From Candidatus Woesebacteria bacterium (lineage in GTDB: Bacteria; Patescibacteriota; Microgenomatia; UBA1400; UBA1396): DNA of 64,000 bases. Below, piece by piece: positions 28,732 to 34,986 of the stretch. The position numbers were made by a program, and so were the translations under genes. Where the stretch lies: positions 10,214 through 74,213 of the forward strand of contig JAJOJK010000005.1 in NCBI GenBank assembly GCA_021208605.1, written 5' to 3'. Positions within the stretch are counted from its first letter, which is position 1. Each line of letters starts with the position of its first letter. The notes beneath the pieces were generated by a model that saw only the letters and a program-made list of their open reading frames with translations, searched no databases and was not told the DNA's origin.

Positions 28732-28819
28732 TGGCGGAGGCGGTGGGATTCGAACCCACGAACCCGTGAACGGGTCAGGATTAGCAATCCTGTGCAATTG
28801 GCCACTATGCGACGCCTCC
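28732..28819 (-). tRNA. tRNA-Ser (anticodon GCU)
   Basis: Reverse complement reads GGAGGCGTCGCATAGTGGCC...CAGGA-TTGCTAA-TCCTG...CCCGTTCACGGGT (long variable arm)...GTGGGTTCGAATCCCAC-CGCCTCC-G-CCA. The 7-bp acceptor stem pairs, U33 and A37 flank the GCT anticodon, and CCA is encoded. Confidence 0.9.
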
Positions 28820-28949
28820 TGCATCGGGGCGTTCTGGGCAGAGAGGGAGCCTGAAACGCCATCGATAGGTGCCTATTATGCCTGAAAGGTGGGAAAATGA
28901 CCAGTCGCACTTTCGGCCAGTTCTCAAGATGAAGGTTTCGGCATTCCTC

Positions 28950-28978
28950 TTGACACCCGCAAAAAACGCGACTATGCT
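28950..28978 (+). promoter_or_regulatory. Sigma70-like promoter (TTGACA-17 nt-TATGCT)
   Basis: TTGACA at 28950-28955, a 17-nt spacer, and TATGCT at 28973-28978. Predicted TSS about 28985. Confidence 0.45.
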
Positions 28979-29157
28979 ACCGATAGATGTCACGTTCCGC
29001 GTTTGCAACTACCAGCTCTGCTTTCTTCAGCGGTAATTTTGCGTGGCTTCATTCCAATTATCAACCAACCCTCTGCATGATCCAAGCTCAAAAGCGCGCA
29101 GAAAGGGGTATGGCTATGTAGCGAAAACAGATATTTTCACCCACACACAGCACATAC

Positions 29158-29180
29158 CCCGCCGAAAAAGCGGGTTTTTT
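29158..29180 (+). terminator. Intrinsic terminator (CCCGC-CGAAAAA-GCGGG-TTTTTT) upstream of the hypothetical gene at 29237
   Basis: GC-only 5-bp stem with a 7-nt loop and a T6 tract, about 200 nt downstream of the promoter at 28950. Confidence 0.5.
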
Positions 29181-29236
29181 AGTGACTTTTATCCTCAGTC
29201 ACGACATCAAAACACTCAGAAAGGAAGGATACACCC

Positions 29237-29572
29237 ATGCGCAGCACGCGCCAGTACCAGCGACAGTTCGAACATCGCCGTCAGCGAACCGAACGGTTCC
29301 TACAGAAAAAAATCTTCACTGATGCCCCGCACCCGTCGGCATTGGACACCTTCTTAGAAAAATTCACCGCCGAGGTTCCAGCAGAATCACAGGGCATTAC
29401 CGCTGCTATCGAGTGGTTTCAAACCCAACCGCAGGCCCATCATTACTTCTCACGCGTTAATCCCTCACAGGAAGAATGGAAGGCCAGTCTGATGCGACTC
29501 GGCATGAGCATGGCCCAGGCCTACGTGTTGGTCGGCATTATCAGCACCGCTCTCTACGCTCAACAAGCGTAG
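29237..29572 (+). CDS. Hypothetical protein
   Basis: 111 aa with a strong RBS AAAGGAAGGA. C-terminal hydrophobic segment (AYVLVGIISTALYA). No recognisable family. Confidence 0.5.
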   Translation: MRSTRQYQRQFEHRRQRTERFLQKKIFTDAPHPSALDTFLEKFTAEVPAESQGITAAIEWFQTQPQAHHYFSRVNPSQEEWKASLMRLGMSMAQAYVLVGIISTALYAQQA

Positions 29573-29662
29573 CGCAGACACACCTGCCACAGAGCTGAAT
29601 CAAACCCAGCGCGTAGGAAGATCGTGGTAAATATGCTACTATAGGGAAAATTCTTTCCCGGC

Positions 29663-30370
29663 ATGTCTACTGACCACATTACGCTCACGCTGCCAAACCA
29701 AGAAACCCTCGTTCTTCCGTGGAAAAAGCTCAAACGAGCGAAACATATCCGCGTCACGGTTTCGCAAGGCAAGCCGCGCGTTTCCTCACCGCCTTCCGTT
29801 TCCCGCCACTCGGTGGAGAGTTTCTTGCTGCAGCAGTCAGCTTGGATTCAGAGTCAGCTCAATAAGATAGAGTCTCTTCCCCAAAATACCCTGTACTACC
29901 GCGGCGAACCGCACCAACTTATTTTTCATTCTGATATTCCGAAAGATCGCCGCATCTATCGCGACGTCACTAACATTGTTGTCCATCCCATTGTGATGAG
30001 TACCAACTCGATTACCTCTTCGTTGGAGCGCTGGCTCCAGACCGAAGCCAGCACGGTCTGCGTGCCTATTCTGCAAAAGCATGCTGTCAACATGGACGTG
30101 GAAGTCCCGCAGCTTCGCTTCCGTGACACCCGCTCGCGCTGGGGAAGTTGTTCAAGCACCGGCGCTATTACGCTGAATTGGCGCCTGGTTCATGCGCCTA
30201 TCGAGGTCACTGAGTACGTTATCGTTCACGAATTGGCGCACCGTATCCACATGAATCACTCAAAAGATTTTTGGGACTTGGTGGAGGAACACAACCCGAG
30301 TTACCGCATTCACCGCGGCTGGCTGAAGCGCCATGGACATCTCTGCCGGACGCCGGAAATTATCTTGTAA
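29663..30370 (+). CDS. YgjP-like metal-dependent hydrolase (DUF45/M48-like, WLM/SprT-type HExxH)
   Basis: ...RFRDTRSRWGSCSSTGAITLNWRLVHAPIEVTEYVIVHELAHRIHMNHSKDFW, the DUF45 signature. Confidence 0.75.
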   Translation: MSTDHITLTLPNQETLVLPWKKLKRAKHIRVTVSQGKPRVSSPPSVSRHSVESFLLQQSAWIQSQLNKIESLPQNTLYYRGEPHQLIFHSDIPKDRRIYRDVTNIVVHPIVMSTNSITSSLERWLQTEASTVCVPILQKHAVNMDVEVPQLRFRDTRSRWGSCSSTGAITLNWRLVHAPIEVTEYVIVHELAHRIHMNHSKDFWDLVEEHNPSYRIHRGWLKRHGHLCRTPEIIL

Positions 30371-30377
30371 ATATGGG

Positions 30378-30448
30378 AGGGTCCAACCCTTCTGCATTCC
30401 AGTTTTACTCATCTGGAAACTCTGAGATGCACAAAAGGGTTGGACCCT
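30378..30448. repeat. 71-nt multi-stem hairpin (outer 14-bp perfect stem AGGGTCCAACCCTT/AAGGGTTGGACCCT with nested GCAT/ATGC and CCAG/CTGG stems) between convergent ygjP and rnj
   Basis: Arms at 30378-30391 and 30435-30448. Followed by a T-rich run on the plus strand. Confidence 0.6.
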
Positions 30449-30457
30449 AGTTTTCGT

Positions 30458-32118
30458 TTATGAAACGCTGGAAATAACCACCATCACTAAAGGGTTCAAT
30501 CCGAACTTGTCATTTAACAAGCGCACAATGCTCTTTTCCACATCGCGACGAAGGTCTTGGCTGGACGAATCACTCGTCTCGACCAGTTCTTCGACTGTCT
30601 GGCGAATGCGATCACGCAACTCGTCTTGTGGCACGTCTTCGCCCAAGGCGACACCGCGCATGTCGATAGCAATGTTGTCTGGATCAACCGTGCCAGCTGA
30701 CTCGAGCACCGACACCACCTATGGCGCCGTTTTTTGACCGAGCGTCTCGCGCTCGCTCAAGTGCTTGCTGATTACATCGGCCACGCCAGTGCTGTCCACA
30801 GAGCGCTCGCGGAGCTTGATTTGCTCGTCACTGTAGCGCATCTTGCCGCCTGCAAACTCAACCCACTTGCCGTCCATCGGTAGCACAACTTGTTGTGGAC
30901 GGTATCCGTGCTCACGAACCTTCAAGCCGAACAAGACGCGATGGCGATCCTCACCACCGATCGGGAAACGTATTCTGGTTGCAACAAGTGCAACAGAATC
31001 ATCTGCTCGTACTCGCTGGCGTGACCAGACACGTGCAAACCAGGATTCATCTCGGCGTAGGCCACTTCGATACCTTGGCTGGCAATGCGGTTAATGGTGC
31101 GGTAGACGTCTTTTTCGCTCCCTGGAATTGCGTCGGACGAGAAAATAATCTTATCGCCTTTGCTGACGCTAATCATGCGGTGAGAACCAAAGACCGCGCG
31201 CACCAGCGAAGACCCTGGCTGACCCTGACTCCCAGCAATTATGACACAAAGTTCACTATCTGGAATATCGTCCATGCGGCGTTTATTCACCTTCATGTCC
31301 TGCGGAATATCGAGCAGGCCCATGTTCATAGCTGTGTTGACGTTTTGTTCCACGGAACGACCAATAAAGGCCACTTTACGACCATACTCAGCGGCCACGT
31401 CGACAGCCTGTTGAATACGGTGAATGCTGGAGCTCATCAAGGTCACCAAGACTTTGCCTTCTACGTCGCGCATTTCTTCGCGGATGGCAGCGCCGACACT
31501 CGACTCAGAAGCCGCTGGCAGCGGTCGCTCGATACGCAGACAGTCAATTGCCGCACACAGAACGCCTTCGCGACCAATCTCGGCCACACGTTGGAGATCA
31601 CTCGGAATGCCATCGACTGGCGTCAAATCAAGCTTAAAGTCAGAACCGTGGTAAAAGACTCCATCAGGAGTGCGAATGACTAGGTGGCGTGTATCGGGAA
31701 TCGAGTGCGTAATCCGAATGTTCTCAACTTGGAATGGTCCAAATTCTAGAACTCCATCATCTTCAAAGTACTGCACCTCTTTTTCAACACCATTATCGGC
31801 CATACGAGTCATGGCGAACTCGGCGGTGAGTGGTGAACCAAAAATCGGCACATCAACATCAATTTCGCGCAGCACGTATGGCAGCGCCGCAATGTGGTCA
31901 TCGTGACCATGCGACAGAACAATCGCGTGCAAAGTCGCGCCTTGAGCGAGTCGGTCTTGGAGGTATTGAGAGTCTGGAATCAGGAACTCAACGCCTGGCA
32001 TGGTCTCGTCTGGGAAACCAATTCCACAGTCGACCACGAGCATGTCGTCATTGTGTTCATAGACGAATAAGTTTTTGGTGACTCCAGAAATTCCTCCCAA
32101 TGGGAAAATTTTAGTCAT
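30458..32118 (-). pseudogene. rnj: Ribonuclease J (metallo-beta-lactamase/beta-CASP), disrupted by a -1 frameshift near 30935-30945 and an in-frame TAG at 30719-30721
   Basis: N-terminal fragment: VLSHGHDDHIAALPY (HxHxDH)...HVSGHASEYEQ.... The middle fragment in another frame reads FPIGGEDRH...EHGYRPQQVV. The C-terminal fragment in the same frame follows the TAG: VVSVLESAG...FGLNPLVMVV. A T3 to T4 correction restores PEYVFPIGGEDRH. Confidence 0.8.
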
Positions 32119-32194
32119 GTGAAACCCCTTTCTTACGGAGTTTTTTATTGTTGTATTTCAAGATCTGATAGGAACATTATACAGGAAAAACATT

Positions 32195-32217
32195 CGGGAG
32201 ACACCCCTAGGCCTATA
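32195..32217. repeat. Left arm of a 23-nt perfect inverted repeat flanking the UDG gene (CGGGAGACACCCCTAGGCCTATA)
   Basis: Exact reverse complement of 32907-32929. Imperfect similarity extends about 10 nt on both sides. Confidence 0.85.
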
Positions 32218-32221
32218 AAAA

Positions 32222-32854
32222 TTAAAGCAAAGCCGACCGCACCTCCGCCACATGAGCATCATGTTCTTCTTGCTCCCGAATATACGCTAACGCTTTAGGA
32301 ATTTTTCCGATATCGCGCTCAAAAGACTCTTTCATATTGCCGTTTCTCAGCGCTGCCGCCGGGTGATATACCGGCAACAAATACGTTATCTTACCTTCCC
32401 ACATAAATCGCTGCAGCACTCCATGAATGGCCGAAATTTTGGCATCCGGCAAAAAGAAATTCATAGAAAATCGCCCAAGGCTCACAAAAAGCAAAGGCTC
32501 AATAATGTCGATTTCACGGTATAAATACGGCACAAAAGCATTGATTTCTTCTGGCTTTGGATCGCGATTATCGGGCGGACGCACCTTCACAATATTCGAC
32601 ACGTAAAAGTCGTCTCGCTTCATGCCATGCATCTCGAGCGTCGCGTTCAGCAATTTTCCACCGCGACCAACAAACGGCTTGCGTTCGATTGCCTCGTTTC
32701 TGCCAGGAGCTTCACCGATAAACATCACGTCGGAGTCCACATTGCCAAAGCCCATGACCATGTCCTCTGGCTTTTCCGCTAAAGGTAGAGATTCGTAATT
32801 TGACTCGAGTTCTTGAAGGAGTTGTTGTCTTTTTTGCGTTTTGGATTCAGACAT
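32222..32854 (-). CDS. Uracil-DNA glycosylase, family 4
   Basis: FIGEAPGRNEAIERKPFVGRGGKLL...FYVSNIVKVRPPDNRDP, the family-4 UDG GEAPG motif. Confidence 0.8.
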   Translation of the reverse strand: MSESKTQKRQQLLQELESNYESLPLAEKPEDMVMGFGNVDSDVMFIGEAPGRNEAIERKPFVGRGGKLLNATLEMHGMKRDDFYVSNIVKVRPPDNRDPKPEEINAFVPYLYREIDIIEPLLFVSLGRFSMNFFLPDAKISAIHGVLQRFMWEGKITYLLPVYHPAAALRNGNMKESFERDIGKIPKALAYIREQEEHDAHVAEVRSALL

Positions 32855-32906
32855 AAAACCATTGTAACAAATCGCCTCGATAAATCTGCATGAGGCTCTT
32901 AAATAC

Positions 32907-32929
32907 TATAGGCCTAGGGGTGTCTCCCG
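32907..32929. repeat. Right arm of a 23-nt perfect inverted repeat flanking the UDG gene (TATAGGCCTAGGGGTGTCTCCCG)
   Basis: Exact reverse complement of 32195-32217. Confidence 0.85.
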
Positions 32930-32938
32930 ATTCCTTTT

Positions 32939-34048
32939 TTAATAACTCGGCAAGAAATACCGCACATTCTCTTCAGTAATCACCACTTTATCAAGCCCTT
33001 GCTCCAGCATCAGCCGCGCCGATTTTGCCACCACACCCTTCAGAGTACGCTCCAAAGTACGGATACCGGAGTCAAAACCGAGCGGACGAACCATGTTCAT
33101 CCAAACGTCGTCGGAGAAAACAATAGTGTCTTTGTTCATGCCGGCCTCAGCCAGCATTTTCGGCATCACGTAGCGGCGAGCAATGTGGATTTTTTCTTCG
33201 TCGGTGTAGGACGGCATCGTCAAGTGCTCCATACGGTCGTAGACCGCAGTGGCAATGTGGCGCGTGTTATTCGCCGTAGCAATAAACAGCACTTCCGACA
33301 AATCAACGGGAAAATCCAGGTAGTGATCCGTAAACGAGTGGTTCTGGTTCGGATCTAAAAGCTCAACCAAAACACCCATAATGTCCATACGCGCGTCTTC
33401 GGAAACACGGTCGATTTCATCGAGCAGCATCACCGGATTACGCGTTTTGGCTTGCGTCAAACCTTTGATCACCAAACCAGGCTCTGCCTCCAAGTGCAAA
33501 CGCGACTGGCCACGCAAGTCACGCGCCGAACCCATACCACCAAACGGCACACGGATTATTTCGCGACCCAGAGCCTCAGCAATAGAATAGGCAAACGTGG
33601 TTTTACCTGTACCCACCAAGCCAACCAATAGCAAAATGGGCGCACGGACAGAATCAGCTTTCCCCGCCGCCACGCTCTGTTTCTGAAACTGCAAAATAGC
33701 CATGTACTCCAGAATGCGGTCTTTGATCTCCTGCATGCCGTAGTGATGCTCTTCAAACACCTTTTTGGCCCGCTCTAGGTCTAAAACATCTTCACTCTTC
33801 TCCTGCCAAGGAACCGCTAAGGCCCATTCAATATACTTGGCAGTACGCTCGTACTCTTCAGCGTACGAACTACTGTGCGCCGCCCGACGCAAGTGCTTGA
33901 GCATACGCTCAATCTTGAAACGCAGTTCTTCAGGCAGCACTTTTTCACTGATGCGACTCGCTAAATCATCAAGCTCTTGCTGAACTAAGGGATCAATACT
34001 GGGATCAGCCACGGTCGTGGCCTGAATCTGGGCAGACTCTTCTTGCAT
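32939..34048 (-). CDS. Lon-like AAA+ ATPase lacking the N-terminal substrate domain and the C-terminal protease domain
   Basis: Aligns by eye to the Lon region from the coiled-coil through the AAA+ alpha-subdomain: Walker A LLLVGLVGTGKTT, Walker B VMLLDEIDRV, sensor YDRMEHL. Ends at VRYFLPSY, where the Lon protease domain would begin. Only 10 nt separate it from the UDG inverted repeat. Confidence 0.7.
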   Translation of the reverse strand: MQEESAQIQATTVADPSIDPLVQQELDDLASRISEKVLPEELRFKIERMLKHLRRAAHSSSYAEEYERTAKYIEWALAVPWQEKSEDVLDLERAKKVFEEHHYGMQEIKDRILEYMAILQFQKQSVAAGKADSVRAPILLLVGLVGTGKTTFAYSIAEALGREIIRVPFGGMGSARDLRGQSRLHLEAEPGLVIKGLTQAKTRNPVMLLDEIDRVSEDARMDIMGVLVELLDPNQNHSFTDHYLDFPVDLSEVLFIATANNTRHIATAVYDRMEHLTMPSYTDEEKIHIARRYVMPKMLAEAGMNKDTIVFSDDVWMNMVRPLGFDSGIRTLERTLKGVVAKSARLMLEQGLDKVVITEENVRYFLPSY

Positions 34049-34123
34049 GTTTGTATGGTAGCAAAAAGAAAGGGAGAAAAATAGCTACATTCGCCAGTCC
34101 TTGTGAACAAGCTACTTGTTTTC

Positions 34124-34912
34124 TCATCTTATATTTTTGATATCTCGGTACAAATCATCAACCAAACCGGGTGGCCCATCGTCTCGACCAATAAACTCAT
34201 TGACACCAATTCCATTTAATTCAGCCACTACTGCCTGCGGATTGCTGTTCACTCGACCTTCAAGCGCTATTGTGGAAATACTGAGCTTTTTAGACAATTC
34301 TTTAAGATATTTCTCATTCAGTATTGCCTGAGTAATATCTCCACCCCGCACAAGATCAAGAATATATACCTCATACGTACCATCTCGATGCACAAGAAGA
34401 TCAAACTGATCATCCCAAGGCAGGAGAACACCACTTTCTGTTGCTTTGCGAGCAATATCTTCAGCCTGCAGACGAATATCGTTCTTATGCTTTTCGTATA
34501 CCCTCAAAAAGATATCATCCAATTCACTCAACTCAACATCATGCCGACGAATGCTTTCCTGGAATATTTTTCCAAATTTTGCCTTGCCATAAAAATCACT
34601 CCCATCTTGGGTGAGATCAGTTACATAGACTTTTTCAATTTCACCATTTTTTTCTCTTTCGATGACCCGTAGAGTTGGTGGAACGGGTAAACCAGCCTCA
34701 CGAAATAACTTCCAATTTTTTGCAAAGTCTTCCGCGGACTCTTCTCGGGCTAACATGGTAAATTCATGTCTACCAATTCTGATACGAACTCGTTCTTTCG
34801 TAGTATCTGCAGCACCAATATGAGTCCCTAGCCTTTCTGTATCTACTTGTGTAACTTCCCGAGTTGTTGCTCCGGATCCTGGTTTCAAGTGAATTTGATT
34901 ATTCTCCGCCAT
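34124..34912 (-). CDS. Hypothetical protein with an HRD...ILDL kinase-like catalytic-loop motif (atypical kinase/phosphotransferase-like, speculative)
   Basis: 262 aa reading ...FDLLVHRDGTYEVYILDLVRGGD.... No glycine-rich loop recognised. Lower GC than the neighbours. Confidence 0.35.
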   Translation of the reverse strand: MAENNQIHLKPGSGATTREVTQVDTERLGTHIGAADTTKERVRIRIGRHEFTMLAREESAEDFAKNWKLFREAGLPVPPTLRVIEREKNGEIEKVYVTDLTQDGSDFYGKAKFGKIFQESIRRHDVELSELDDIFLRVYEKHKNDIRLQAEDIARKATESGVLLPWDDQFDLLVHRDGTYEVYILDLVRGGDITQAILNEKYLKELSKKLSISTIALEGRVNSNPQAVVAELNGIGVNEFIGRDDGPPGLVDDLYRDIKNIR

Positions 34913-34924
34913 ACTTTCCTCAGT

Positions 34925-34963
34925 CTACCAAAAAAGAGCCAGGTTTCCCCGGCTCTTTTTTTT
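34925..34963 (-). terminator. Intrinsic terminator after pnp (bidirectional)
   Basis: AGAGCC-loop-GGCTCT stem flanked by an A5 run upstream and a T8 run downstream on the plus strand, so it reads as stem plus T-tract on both strands. Confidence 0.5.
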
Positions 34964-34986
34964 CGTTTTCGTAACGAAGGCAGCGA

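Noticed and set aside
28513-28854. 113-aa ORF covering tRNA-Ser and its terminator
   Set aside because: Overlaps a confidently folded tRNA and a terminator hairpin. It is a spurious ORF in a non-coding region.
29043-29357. 104-aa ORF running through the 29158-29180 terminator into the 29237 gene
   Set aside because: Crosses an intrinsic terminator and is out of frame with the RBS-supported ORF at 29237. The region is treated as a non-coding leader or sRNA instead.
30719-30721. Possibility that TAG is a sense codon (alternative genetic code), which would explain the in-frame TAG in rnj
   Set aside because: TAG is used as a genuine stop elsewhere (CAP gene 9300-10313 ends ...LITGS-TAG). Both TAA and TGA also terminate well-conserved genes at expected positions, so the standard code applies.
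30895-31683. 262-aa plus-strand ORF within rnj
   Set aside because: Antisense to RNase J, with no recognisable motifs.
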